A stretch of 64,000 nt of DNA, from the IMG/VR virus record IMGVR_UViG_3300018080_000120, one strand, 5' to 3'. Below the pieces are notes generated by a model that saw only the letters and a list, made by a program, of their open reading frames with translations, ran no database searches and had not been told where the DNA came from. Each line of letters opens with the position of its first letter. Positions within the stretch are counted from its first letter, which is position 1. This document shows, piece after piece, positions 16,825 through 26,037 of the stretch. The stretch comes from a virus. Lineage: Duplodnaviria > Heunggongvirae > Uroviricota > Caudoviricetes. The position numbers were made by a program, and so were the translations under genes.

Positions 16825-17051
16825 GTGACAATGAGAAATTGATAGAAGAAGGAATGGAAACTTTGCGTTCTATGGCAAAATCAGCGGCTAGTAGCGTAGC
16901 CCCTTCTGCTGAAAGATTGAAAGCCGTCGCAGAATCGATTGACTGGTCAGTAGTTAGAACTCTCGAACTTGACTGGAAAACCGTGGAAGGCGAGCTTGTA
17001 CCAGTGCTCAAAATTGAAACCTATCCAAATGGAGAAGAAGTAGGATCGTAA
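16821..17051 (+). CDS. hypothetical protein
   Basis: 76 aa, ATGA overlap. Confidence 0.5.
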   Translation: MSDNEKLIEEGMETLRSMAKSAASSVAPSAERLKAVAESIDWSVVRTLELDWKTVEGELVPVLKIETYPNGEEVGS

Positions 17052-17052
17052 A

Positions 17053-17289
17053 ATGGGAAAAGTAACCCCATATGGTCTACAGTCGTGGAATTTGTGGAAC
17101 ATTTTCACAGGCCGAAAAAAATATACCATTTGTTGTGGGAAATGTCACCATGTTTACGAAGATAAACTAAACTTTCATTTAAATGACACCGCTTCCTCTA
17201 TTTGCCCAGGCTGTGGAAGCCAAAATGTGTGGTCTCATTCCAAATGGGCAGCTTACATGGAGCATGAACTGGAAAAAAGGAGCAAATAA
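17053..17289 (+). CDS. zinc-ribbon protein
   Basis: CCGKCHH...CPGCGS. Confidence 0.5.
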   Translation: MGKVTPYGLQSWNLWNIFTGRKKYTICCGKCHHVYEDKLNFHLNDTASSICPGCGSQNVWSHSKWAAYMEHELEKRSK

Positions 17290-17438
17290 TGAACAGATAC
17301 TTCATAGAGACGGACGGCAACACAGGCGTTCTGAGTGCAAAAAATATCATAGAAGCTCTTGAGCTCTTTGAGAAGTATTTCGGGCCTCTTGGGGATTCTG
17401 TGAGCGTGAAGACCGTCTACAATCAAAGGGGGGAATAA
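17289..17438 (+). CDS. small protein (49 aa)
   Basis: SD aaaaggagcaaata; fills gap exactly to next ATG. Confidence 0.4.
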   Translation: MNRYFIETDGNTGVLSAKNIIEALELFEKYFGPLGDSVSVKTVYNQRGE

Positions 17439-17720
17439 ATGTCCTGTATATTAAAAGATATGATCGAGCGGTATGTAAATGATCGAATACCTCAACTTCA
17501 GGCTGAAATAAAAGAGGTAACCACCAAACTTACAGAAACAACTATTGAATTGAGAACTGCAAAAAGTCAGATTGACCTTCTTAATCACCATCAAAAGATA
17601 AATACTAAAGAGAGGGACGAAATAGCCAAGGGATCTAAATGGTTAAAAATTAGTATATCTTTTTCTATTCTGGGAAATATTGCTCTTATTATAGTTTCAC
17701 TTTACCTTTATTTCTGCTGA
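17439..17720 (+). CDS. coiled-coil protein with C-terminal TM anchor
   Basis: 93 aa. Confidence 0.5.
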   Translation: MSCILKDMIERYVNDRIPQLQAEIKEVTTKLTETTIELRTAKSQIDLLNHHQKINTKERDEIAKGSKWLKISISFSILGNIALIIVSLYLYFC

Positions 17721-17753
17721 TAATATAAACGTTATGAGCATAGGAGATAAGAT

Positions 17754-18464
17754 ATGGAAAAGCATTATGAAACAACCGTGTTTGAAGGGAAAAAAGTAAA
17801 GCGTAGTGTATCTCTGGAAAACATAAAACGCATATCACGTTGGGGGAAAAACATACTAAGCTTAGGAAGAAAAAAGAAAAGGTCAATGGACAAAGGATGT
17901 GCTGTCTCCTTGTGTGGTCCCGCCATAGAGACCCATGTAAAAGAAATTCTTCCTTTACTCAGATGCAAATCCGAGTTGCTTGTAGCGGAATGGAGTAAAA
18001 AGACCATTGAAAAGGAAAATATGGTCGAACGTGTCAAATCAATCGGCGATGAGCGGGTAGTCTTTTATGTCGGAAACGTGTGGGACGGTATTCGACAGCA
18101 TTACCTTAAGAAAAAAGGGTGGAATCATAAACACGTTCTTTTTGATCTTGATTTTTGTAATACTGTTGATGAGCTATTGACCCAAAAGTTACAGATAGAG
18201 TTAAAGCATCTCGCAAGAAGTAAGTTACCCAGACGTCAAGGATTTTGGGTATTTCTCACTTTTTTACAGCGTGGAGATATGGATAAAGAATATTGGGATT
18301 TTGCTAATAAAGTGGGAAGAATTTTTCATGAGGCCGGGTGGCAAATAAGTTATCATCATATGTTGCCATACCGAGATGGGCATAAAGGTGCCCCAATGTG
18401 TAATATCGTATTTAGGTTCCATTGGGATTATAGTAAACAGAGGAGAAACAAAAATGATAGATGA
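17754..18464 (+). CDS. hypothetical protein
   Basis: 236-aa ORF, SD ataggagataag. Confidence 0.55.
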   Translation: MEKHYETTVFEGKKVKRSVSLENIKRISRWGKNILSLGRKKKRSMDKGCAVSLCGPAIETHVKEILPLLRCKSELLVAEWSKKTIEKENMVERVKSIGDERVVFYVGNVWDGIRQHYLKKKGWNHKHVLFDLDFCNTVDELLTQKLQIELKHLARSKLPRRQGFWVFLTFLQRGDMDKEYWDFANKVGRIFHEAGWQISYHHMLPYRDGHKGAPMCNIVFRFHWDYSKQRRNKNDR

Positions 18465-18681
18465 TAGAATAACACTAAGGATTTTGGGCAATGATGTAGA
18501 TCTTGATCATGGCTGTTGGAATTGCTCGGTAGGCAAAACTGGGCCTAAAGGAAAAGACGATACCTTTTGGACCGAAGATGGAGTTTGCGAGATCTGCCGT
18601 GGAACTGGATATGAGTTAACCGACAACGGCAAAAAGATCCTTGAATTCCTAAAGAGACATGTAGGCCGTTCTGATGTATGA
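18454..18681 (+). CDS. zinc-finger small protein
   Basis: CWNC...CEICRG; SD acagaggag. Confidence 0.5.
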   Translation: MIDDRITLRILGNDVDLDHGCWNCSVGKTGPKGKDDTFWTEDGVCEICRGTGYELTDNGKKILEFLKRHVGRSDV

Positions 18682-18785
18682 CAACCAGAAATATTTCCGT
18701 AGACAAAAACGATTAACATTAACCACCCAGCTTAAATATCACCTGGGCCAGGTCTGGCATACTTTGGGAAGAATATGGAGGTTCT

Positions 18786-19433
18786 ATGGGAAGCAAGACT
18801 GGTAATAAATATATAAGTATAGGGAAGTTTTCCCCAGATGAGGTTTTGCCATATGTGGTCTTTGGCGATGTTACTCATAAACTGAGGCAGAAGGGAATAA
18901 AGAGGTCTGACGATCAATGGAAAGCGGTATGTCAAAAAGAATACTGCGGTGTAATGGTCAATATGACTTCAATGCGATATCGGACATTTGCAACCAAAGG
19001 ATTGAAGTGCGTTCAATGCGGATTAGAGGGAAGCTATTTTTCTCTTGAGTCACACATATATAAAAGCGGTAATCGCTATTATCACTTCAATCTTTATGCC
19101 ATTGATAAAGTCGGCGATCCCGTCCTTATGACGAAGGATCATATTATTCCAAAATCTCTCGGGGGGAGAAATGATCTAAACAATCTCCAACCAATGTGTG
19201 TCCTTTGCAACCAAAGAAAAGGCCATAAAATAAATGACCAAAAGCGAGTAAGATCATTTACTGATTTGTTTGCAGAGGTAATTCGAAGTTTTCAACGGTC
19301 TGAAGAAGGAAGGATAACCACAGAGCTTCATTCGAAAGGGCTGTCTGGGCATGAGGCTGCGAGTGCTTTAAGGGAGATGGAAAGATCCGTCAAAAGATGG
19401 GAAAAACAATTAAATCGTCATATGAACAAGTGA
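18786..19433 (+). CDS. HNH endonuclease with N-terminal zinc ribbon
   Basis: DHIIPKSLGGRNDLNNLQPMCVLCNQRKG = HNH motif. Confidence 0.8.
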   Translation: MGSKTGNKYISIGKFSPDEVLPYVVFGDVTHKLRQKGIKRSDDQWKAVCQKEYCGVMVNMTSMRYRTFATKGLKCVQCGLEGSYFSLESHIYKSGNRYYHFNLYAIDKVGDPVLMTKDHIIPKSLGGRNDLNNLQPMCVLCNQRKGHKINDQKRVRSFTDLFAEVIRSFQRSEEGRITTELHSKGLSGHEAASALREMERSVKRWEKQLNRHMNK

Positions 19434-19436
19434 GGT

Positions 19437-19883
19437 ATGAAAATGGAAAAAGCAATAACCAAATTTAGAGGAGAACATGCTTTTCTCAGCAATTTCTTTG
19501 GCGCCGAAATCAGAATAGGCAATAATACTTATTCTACCAATGAGCATGCATTTCATGCCGCTAAATGTGTAGACCCCGCCCAGCACGTGCTTATTTTAAA
19601 CGCCAAAAGCCCCGCTGAGGCAAAGTCTATTGGTAAGGAAGTAACCTTAAAGCCAAATTGGCTCGAAATTCAAGACGAAATCATGTTCTTTATCAATATG
19701 GTTAAATACACCACTCACTTTGACCTAAAACAGAAATTGTTGGCCACTGGCAGCCGAGAGTTGGTTGAGGGCAACTGGTGGGGTGACACTTATTGGGGAG
19801 TCTGCAATGGAGCAGGTGAAAATCGCCTGGGCAAGATCCTTATGAGAATTCGATATATTATGGGAGGAGCAATAGGAGAATAA
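19437..19883 (+). CDS. NADAR (YbiA-like, DUF1768) family protein
   Basis: FRGEHAFLSNFF, STNEHAFHAAK, WGDTYWGVCNGAGENRLGKILMRIR match YbiA/NADAR signature. Confidence 0.8.
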   Translation: MKMEKAITKFRGEHAFLSNFFGAEIRIGNNTYSTNEHAFHAAKCVDPAQHVLILNAKSPAEAKSIGKEVTLKPNWLEIQDEIMFFINMVKYTTHFDLKQKLLATGSRELVEGNWWGDTYWGVCNGAGENRLGKILMRIRYIMGGAIGE

Positions 19884-19884
19884 A

Positions 19885-20103
19885 ATGGACACAGGTACAA
19901 TTATTTTAATTGTCGTATGTATTATCGCTGGTGGTGTCGCTGGTATAATCCTAGGTGCGATATGGGTATGCGTCTCGATATTAAATCTACTTATAGAGGG
20001 ATGGGCGTATAGCTACGGATATATCAATGTGCATGGGAAACCAACCTATATATACTCCATCTCAGACAAAAGAAGATGGGTCTGGAGGGCACCATGGAGT
20101 TAA
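19885..20103 (+). CDS. small membrane protein
   Basis: TM helix IILIVVCIIAGGVAGIILGAIWV. Confidence 0.5.
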   Translation: MDTGTIILIVVCIIAGGVAGIILGAIWVCVSILNLLIEGWAYSYGYINVHGKPTYIYSISDKRRWVWRAPWS

Positions 20104-20321
20104 AACATAAGAGTTTATGTCCGCAGTGCGAAAGAGGGCGTCTCTTCTATAATGTTAGAGATGTCGCGTTCGATTACAAAGGCGAACTACGCACGTTTCG
20201 AAGGGTAGGACTTCTATCTTGCAGCCTTATCGCTTGCGGTTGGGAAGGATTCGCTGACAGAAATAAAGCTCAGTATATAGAAAAGGAATTAACCAAATTT
20301 CGCAGAAAGGTAAACAAATAA
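20094..20321 (+). CDS. zinc-ribbon protein
   Basis: CPQCERG...; SD ggaggg 5 nt before ATG 20094. Confidence 0.5.
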   Translation: MELKHKSLCPQCERGRLFYNVRDVAFDYKGELRTFRRVGLLSCSLIACGWEGFADRNKAQYIEKELTKFRRKVNK

Positions 20322-20322
20322 A

Positions 20323-20550
20323 ATGGCTTTAATAAAAGTTAAATCAGACGAAAAGCTGTTCGACAGAATAAGAGATTTGTCTTATAAGATCCAAAATCTT
20401 GGTGGTATTGTTCAAAATGATATGGAGTTAGAAGCAGCTGAAGTGGTAAGAATCACTGAGACGGATTGGAATACTGCGATCAAGGAACTTTGGGACACTC
20501 GAACCGCCGTTCTGAGACACATAATTCAATGCAATGAGGAGATAGCATAG
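20323..20550 (+). CDS. hypothetical protein
   Basis: 75 aa. Confidence 0.5.
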   Translation: MALIKVKSDEKLFDRIRDLSYKIQNLGGIVQNDMELEAAEVVRITETDWNTAIKELWDTRTAVLRHIIQCNEEIA

Positions 20551-20551
20551 G

Positions 20552-20812
20552 ATGGTAGAAGGAAAATGTGTTTCCAGTGTGGACAGTTTCGGCAGACATA
20601 AATGGTCTACTAAGTTTAGCGCCGTACCAAAAATAGGTGATCGGGTTGAATCGATTGGCGGAGGTTGTAAGCTTGTAGTCTATTCCATAACTCATTGCGA
20701 AAAGGCCGTGAGAGGGATTTATGGAACAAAAGGGTTAATGGTAAGAAAATACGAGCATAAACCATATATAAAGGTGGGATTATGTCGAAATCTAAATGGA
20801 TCTCAGCAATAG
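20552..20812 (+). CDS. hypothetical protein
   Basis: 86 aa. Confidence 0.5.
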   Translation: MVEGKCVSSVDSFGRHKWSTKFSAVPKIGDRVESIGGGCKLVVYSITHCEKAVRGIYGTKGLMVRKYEHKPYIKVGLCRNLNGSQQ

Positions 20813-20902
20813 TAATAGCTGTGGTTATAATTGCTGCACATATTCTATTGATGACATATCTGCCTGAGAAATATACACAATTACCAGGAGGTATGATGTA
20901 AA

Positions 20903-21151
20903 ATGTTTTACAAGAGAGGAACAGTAATAAAAGCAAAAGACTTGCCAGATTGGGCCGGATATTTCCGTAAACAAAGGGGAACATATGTCTATTTGAGAAT
21001 ATCAAATGCTTCGGTTAAGCACCTTAGACTGGACAAAGATAAGATTCATGGTGTGTGTTTCAACGGAAATGTGACTTCTATCGACCCGGAGAAATTTATA
21101 GTAGTCTGTGATGTGCTTGATATGGCACGAAATGTTCAAGAAGTTCAATAA
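20903..21151 (+). CDS. hypothetical protein
   Basis: 82 aa. Confidence 0.5.
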   Translation: MFYKRGTVIKAKDLPDWAGYFRKQRGTYVYLRISNASVKHLRLDKDKIHGVCFNGNVTSIDPEKFIVVCDVLDMARNVQEVQ

Positions 21152-21186
21152 TACGAACTACGGCTCTTGCCCGGAAGGAGAGATGT

Positions 21187-21930
21187 ATGGAAGTAATGAA
21201 AAGAAACGAAAAAGGAGAAGTCGATCTGCCAGACGTGGATATGCAAATACGGATTCCAAAGGATAAATTGGCTTTGTCTTTATTCGCCAATAATCGGATA
21301 GGACATGGATTTCATTTCCGAGAAGATGGGTGGGTATATGTGGAAGGCGAGAGATCTCATAAATGGTTCACCCAAATACACAGTAACCAAGGCGGTGTTA
21401 ATGTGAATGTGTGGGAGCCTATCCTTAAAAACGTGTCGCTTATAGAAAAACGATATTCTCGGATGAAGAAACGCTATGATCGTTTTCTTAATGAAGTCTT
21501 TCGGCCAGTTTTCGAAAAATTAGGCGCGGTTGGCAGGGCACATGCTAAACCTACACATAAGTTTGATCATTATAAAGACCTTGATTGGTGGCTTTATACA
21601 ACTCATCCATATGAAGACACACACAGCGTAGGATTTGAGTGGGTAAAGAGGCCAAATAAGCCGGAGAATCTTGAAATTGGACAAGCTTATTATGAGCTTG
21701 ATAAAAGATTGATGCAATATAGTCGATATAAGTCCAAATTTCGAACCGCGCTGGCTGAATCCATTAAAAGGCTTCTTGCTAAAAATGCACCGAAAGAGGA
21801 AAATATCACACTCAAACTTGTGATCAACGACAAAATATTTTGGTATCTGTCGTATAAACAGCATAGGTATCTTGGCTGGAAAAAAATAGCTTGGCCGGAA
21901 GATCAAGTTAAACAACTGATAGTCGTATAG
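21187..21930 (+). CDS. hypothetical protein
   Basis: 247-aa ORF, SD ggaaggagagatgt. Confidence 0.55.
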   Translation: MEVMKRNEKGEVDLPDVDMQIRIPKDKLALSLFANNRIGHGFHFREDGWVYVEGERSHKWFTQIHSNQGGVNVNVWEPILKNVSLIEKRYSRMKKRYDRFLNEVFRPVFEKLGAVGRAHAKPTHKFDHYKDLDWWLYTTHPYEDTHSVGFEWVKRPNKPENLEIGQAYYELDKRLMQYSRYKSKFRTALAESIKRLLAKNAPKEENITLKLVINDKIFWYLSYKQHRYLGWKKIAWPEDQVKQLIVV

Positions 21931-21945
21931 AGGGGGAATAAAGAA

Positions 21946-22071
21946 ATGATAATTAAATCTATTTTCGTCTGTACCGCGGCAGGATTATTGACTGCGACCG
22001 CTGCTTTATATATTGGTGGAGCCGTTTTTATAGGTGGTCTTGCGGTTTACTATGTGATAACCAAAAAATAG
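21946..22071 (+). CDS. small membrane protein (41 aa)
   Basis: SD agggggaataaagaa; hydrophobic. Confidence 0.35.
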   Translation: MIIKSIFVCTAAGLLTATAALYIGGAVFIGGLAVYYVITKK

Positions 22072-22084
22072 AAAGGAGTTTCCA

Positions 22085-22267
22085 ATGGAAACAAAATGCA
22101 TTAATCAGTTAATTCGCCCAAAGACATCTGTGCCGGAATGGATTAGGCCAGATGGAGTTGGTGATTGTACTAAATGTAAGCCTTGCGAGAACAATCAACA
22201 TTGTGCGGGATACACACCAGTTCGTGTAGGAACCTTCACGATAAGGAGGAAAAAGAAAAATGGATAA
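22085..22267 (+). CDS. Cys-containing small protein
   Basis: 60 aa, CTKCKPCENNQHC. Confidence 0.45.
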   Translation: METKCINQLIRPKTSVPEWIRPDGVGDCTKCKPCENNQHCAGYTPVRVGTFTIRRKKKNG

Positions 22268-22427
22268 TAGGCCAAAAAGAATGATCCATTTCGTAGCCGG
22301 GGCAGCTATTGGTTTAATGTCTTTTATGTTTGGCATGATGGTAGTTGCAGACAACCATATCTTTCTCGGCGCACTCATTTTATTCGCTGGAGGAGTTGCA
22401 GCGCACTGGAATTTTAGGAGAATATAA
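22260..22427 (+). CDS. small membrane protein (55 aa)
   Basis: two TM segments, overlaps upstream stop. Confidence 0.4.
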   Translation: MDNRPKRMIHFVAGAAIGLMSFMFGMMVVADNHIFLGALILFAGGVAAHWNFRRI

Positions 22428-22428
22428 C

Positions 22429-22641
22429 ATGAGTCCATATTTTGCAGTAGCTCTGATATTCGAAACATGTGTTTTTACTCTTGCTTTGCTTGTCTCTCGT
22501 TATCTTGGCAAACAAGCTGATGCCTTTCTTAGAAAGCATAAATTTAATAAAGACACTGGTGATTTTTGGGAGTTTACTATTTCATATGTATTTCCAGCAT
22601 TTTGTTTTGCTTATGGAATGTTGCATTACGCGACTTCATAG
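22429..22641 (+). CDS. small membrane protein
   Basis: SD ttaggagaatataac-ATG; TM helices. Confidence 0.45.
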   Translation: MSPYFAVALIFETCVFTLALLVSRYLGKQADAFLRKHKFNKDTGDFWEFTISYVFPAFCFAYGMLHYATS

Positions 22642-22653
22642 GAGGATATAAAA

Positions 22654-22824
22654 ATGAGATGGGATATATTATTACTCATAGTATTGATCTATTTCGCTAT
22701 GGGCTGTACTTACGCTCAACAACTGTCCATGCGAAAAGAGAAAAGATCAGTGCGAAATAAAATGGTAATTGCATGGCTGCCAGCTTTCTTTAGCAAGCGA
22801 GTAGCCCGCTGGATCTATAAATAA
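22654..22824 (+). CDS. small membrane protein (56 aa)
   Basis: SD taggaggatataaaa. Confidence 0.4.
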   Translation: MRWDILLLIVLIYFAMGCTYAQQLSMRKEKRSVRNKMVIAWLPAFFSKRVARWIYK

Positions 22825-22836
22825 GGAGATTCTCAA

Positions 22837-23142
22837 ATGCACAACAGAATACGTATTCGTTGGATCGAGACTTCACTTATTCCTGAGCCTGAAATTGTGG
22901 GAGAAGTTGAAATCGCTGAAAATTTCAACGGAGTAGGTGAAAGCCCGCTAAGAAGATTCGTAATTACCAAAAAGCAAGGTTCTCTGACATCATCGGCTGC
23001 TCCTGGGCATGACTATCTGCCAAAGTTGACACAAGAAGAGCAGGATAGAATTGAAGCCATGGTAAGATGTTATTATGAAGGCGTTACTCATAACAAAGAA
23101 AGTATTTCCTGGATGGAGAAATCAGATGATAACGGTAGTTAA
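22837..23142 (+). CDS. hypothetical protein
   Basis: 101 aa. Confidence 0.5.
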   Translation: MHNRIRIRWIETSLIPEPEIVGEVEIAENFNGVGESPLRRFVITKKQGSLTSSAAPGHDYLPKLTQEEQDRIEAMVRCYYEGVTHNKESISWMEKSDDNGS

Positions 23143-23452
23143 CCGTAAATTCTATAAAGGCCCAGGTATCTATATTGGCCGACCCATGCCAAGGCTTGGA
23201 TTAAATGGAAGCCTTCTTGCTAATCAGTATAGAATCGGCAAGGATGGAACCCGCGATGAATGCTGCGATAAATATGAAATTTGGTTCAACTGGCGTCTTG
23301 AGAGCGACCCATCTTTTGTTGCCTACATTGATTCACTTGTGATAGGAGCAAAGGAAGGTAAAGATCTTATCTTTATATGCTGGTGTAAACCTGAGCGGTG
23401 CCATGGGGACTTTATCAAGTCATTCATTGAGAATAAATTATGGGGCAATTAA
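23126..23452 (+). CDS. DUF4326-family protein
   Basis: IYIGRPMPRLGLNGSLLANQYRIG...CWCKPERCHGDFI resembles DUF4326 signature (YIGR...GNPF..., C.C.P..CHGD). Confidence 0.6.
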   Translation: MITVVNRKFYKGPGIYIGRPMPRLGLNGSLLANQYRIGKDGTRDECCDKYEIWFNWRLESDPSFVAYIDSLVIGAKEGKDLIFICWCKPERCHGDFIKSFIENKLWGN

Positions 23453-23760
23453 AACGGCCAGCATGTGTGAGATGTGGAGTTTGTTGTATTGCTGCCACTT
23501 GTTATCTGGGAAAAGAATCATCGCGTACTGGCCTATGCGTTCACCTTAGAATAAATCAGCGGGAAGGATATACTACTTGCAAGCTGATCGAAAAATGGGG
23601 AATGCCGGATTCTTTTGGAAAAGGATGTGTCATTCGCCGAGATCCCGTGGTGTTTGAGGAATTTAGAAAGCTTGCAGAAACCAAAATAGGCCACAAACTC
23701 CCTGGAATAGGAGAACAAAGTGCAAAGAACAATAACTTTGAAAGTGCAAAAAATTATTGA
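23440..23760 (+). CDS. YkgJ-family (CxxCxxCC) putative zinc/iron-chelating protein
   Basis: CVRCGVCCIAATC motif. Confidence 0.5.
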   Translation: MGQLKRPACVRCGVCCIAATCYLGKESSRTGLCVHLRINQREGYTTCKLIEKWGMPDSFGKGCVIRRDPVVFEEFRKLAETKIGHKLPGIGEQSAKNNNFESAKNY

Positions 23761-23950
23761 CTCGGAGGACGAAAAAGACTACGAGTCAAAAAGAGATCTT
23801 CTGATTCGGCAGCTTCAGTCTTTAAGGCTTAATGTAACAGTAGAGGCTAAAGACGAAATTTATGACCTCGTAGAGCAATGTGAGAATTGCCCAGAGGAAA
23901 CTAAAGGCGTGCTTTGTTATATATGCGAGAACTTATCAGGAAGGGGATAA
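23720..23950 (+). CDS. hypothetical protein (GTG start)
   Basis: 76 aa; Cys pairs CENCPEE...CYIC. Confidence 0.45.
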   Translation: MQRTITLKVQKIIDSEDEKDYESKRDLLIRQLQSLRLNVTVEAKDEIYDLVEQCENCPEETKGVLCYICENLSGRG

Positions 23951-23953
23951 AAT

Positions 23954-24844
23954 ATGAAAGCTCAAAATTTAACAATCAGTATCCCGTGTGAGGGAAAATG
24001 TGATAAGAATTGTGAATATTGCATCAGTAAGATGACTGGTTATCTAAAGCCAGATCTATATATGATGAGAAGAAATCTTCCCAAAGTAAGGAATCTTCTG
24101 GAGAGAGCTGATGCAGCATTCGTTTTATTCACAGGCAAAAAAGAGCCTTTGCTCAATTTTGAAGTCCTGCTGGAATTTGCCAACTATTTCAAAGATTATC
24201 CTATAGAAATTCAAACAAATGGTCTCCGCCTCAACAAACATAGAGAGTGGATTCATTTCTTAGAGGGTGCAGGCGTAGATGTATTTGCTTTTTCAATCGA
24301 TGATATTAGACAGATGGAAAGATACAGGCTTATGTTTAAAGCAATAGCTGATGTAAATCTCACCACCCGAATTTGTTTGAATTTGACCAATAAAATTTCG
24401 ACAAATGTGAATTTCGAAGAAATCTTTTCTATCTGCAAATCGTATCCTGTTCAGCAACTACTAGTTCGAAATATAATGATACCTGACAAAATAGTGAACA
24501 CTGAGGAATCTCATAGGGCAGCACAATGGATAAAGAGCAATGTAGATCCAGTTCGATACTATGAAATGTATATGGAGTTTCTCAGACTATCAGGAATCGC
24601 TTATGCAGGAAGTGGCTATGGCACTCTTGATAAAATACTGGCTGATGTAGATAACCGGAGAACACATCTTGTACGAAAGCTGCCTCATGGTGCCTTAGTA
24701 TGGGACCATGAAGATATTGCTGTGAGTTTTTCAGACTATTGCATTCAAGAGGCAAATAATACAGAAGATATTCGAAGCTTGATCCTTCAGGATACTGGAC
24801 ATGTTGATACTTCCTGGGATAAGAAAGCAAGTCGATTATTTTAA
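23954..24844 (+). CDS. radical SAM domain protein
   Basis: CDKNCEYC = CxxxCxxC near N-terminus. Confidence 0.7.
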   Translation: MKAQNLTISIPCEGKCDKNCEYCISKMTGYLKPDLYMMRRNLPKVRNLLERADAAFVLFTGKKEPLLNFEVLLEFANYFKDYPIEIQTNGLRLNKHREWIHFLEGAGVDVFAFSIDDIRQMERYRLMFKAIADVNLTTRICLNLTNKISTNVNFEEIFSICKSYPVQQLLVRNIMIPDKIVNTEESHRAAQWIKSNVDPVRYYEMYMEFLRLSGIAYAGSGYGTLDKILADVDNRRTHLVRKLPHGALVWDHEDIAVSFSDYCIQEANNTEDIRSLILQDTGHVDTSWDKKASRLF

Positions 24845-24855
24845 GGAGATTTATA

Positions 24856-25104
24856 ATGTCTGAACCTGAGAAAATAGAGAAAGAAGAAAATCTCGGCTTG
24901 ATATATGCTGAATATAAAGCCAGAATCGTACAGCGCGATAAAAGTGGCAATATGATATCCATCTTCACTACCTGGCGGGAAGATTTCATTTCAAAGATGA
25001 TAGAAGGATCTAATCTCAGCTTTACCAAGGGAGAAAAATTCCATATCGAAATAGTTCCTGAAACAGAAGATTTTCAGCATATATCTGACGATTTAGATAT
25101 CTAA
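24856..25104 (+). CDS. hypothetical protein
   Basis: 82 aa. Confidence 0.5.
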   Translation: MSEPEKIEKEENLGLIYAEYKARIVQRDKSGNMISIFTTWREDFISKMIEGSNLSFTKGEKFHIEIVPETEDFQHISDDLDI

Positions 25105-25119
25105 TGGAGGAAATAAGAA

Positions 25120-26037
25120 TTGATTGAACTAAGCAAAGATTACGAAAGAATATATGATAACATAATCGATCACACAGGGCGCTATATACAAAAACATAAA
25201 TTGCAATCTGTAGTGATTGGGTTATCTGGTGGAATAGATAGCACTCTGACCGCAGCTCTTGCAGATGCTATAGCTTGGGATATTGATGTCCATCTGAGAA
25301 TAATCGGCGTAAGTATTCCTTCTATGACCAACCATCAGGCCGAAATAGAAAGGGCGAGAAAGACGGGCGAAGCTTTTTGTGATGAGCTTCATGTAATGGG
25401 CAAGGGATTCGGCACAAAGAGATATACTCTGGATTCCATTCTTAAAGCATTCACCTCTCGGCTAAAACCATATAACAAAATCTTCCCCATTCCTATCGCA
25501 ATCCGGAATAGAAGTTCTAGAATGCAAAAGGTTGGCCGAGGCAATTTGAAAGCTCGAATAAGAATGGCAATTCTTTATGACATTGCCCATCATCGTTCAG
25601 GTATGGTTTTATCTACTGATAACTATACTGAATATTTACTCGGCTTCTGGACCTTACATGGAGATGTCGGCGATTTTGGAATGTTTCAAAACTTATTCAA
25701 GACCGAAGTTTACGGGCTTGCTAAGTATGTTTCCACCCGCCTTGTGAAGAAAGGTTGGAAGAATAAAAAACTCCCTCTGCAAATTGAGGCGCTTAGGGAA
25801 GCTGCTTCAGCTATTCCAACGGATGGGCTTGGTCTTGGCAGCGATATGGATCAGATAGGAGCCTCGAATTATTATCAGGTTGACAAAGTCTTGTTGAAAC
25901 ATCTAAATGATGTTCCTATAGTTTCGCCTTATATAGCCGAGAGAATGACAGCCGATCGTATTATTAAAAGACACAAAAGTACGAATTATAAAAGGCATAA
26001 TCCATATAACATTCCAAGAGAGGGCTTATTGAAATGA
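25120..26037 (+). CDS. nadE: NH3-dependent NAD+ synthetase-like PP-loop ATPase (TTG start)
   Basis: GLSGGIDSTLTAALA PP-loop; TDNYTEYLLGFWTLHGDVGDFGMFQNLFKTEVYGLAKYV matches NadE region (GTDNKSE..GY.T.YGDG...P...L.K..V..LA). Confidence 0.65.
   Translation: MIELSKDYERIYDNIIDHTGRYIQKHKLQSVVIGLSGGIDSTLTAALADAIAWDIDVHLRIIGVSIPSMTNHQAEIERARKTGEAFCDELHVMGKGFGTKRYTLDSILKAFTSRLKPYNKIFPIPIAIRNRSSRMQKVGRGNLKARIRMAILYDIAHHRSGMVLSTDNYTEYLLGFWTLHGDVGDFGMFQNLFKTEVYGLAKYVSTRLVKKGWKNKKLPLQIEALREAASAIPTDGLGLGSDMDQIGASNYYQVDKVLLKHLNDVPIVSPYIAERMTADRIIKRHKSTNYKRHNPYNIPREGLLK

Noticed and set aside
24582-25028. 148-aa minus-strand ORF
   Set aside because: It overlaps the 3' end of the radical-SAM gene and the following gene on the opposite strand, with no independent support.
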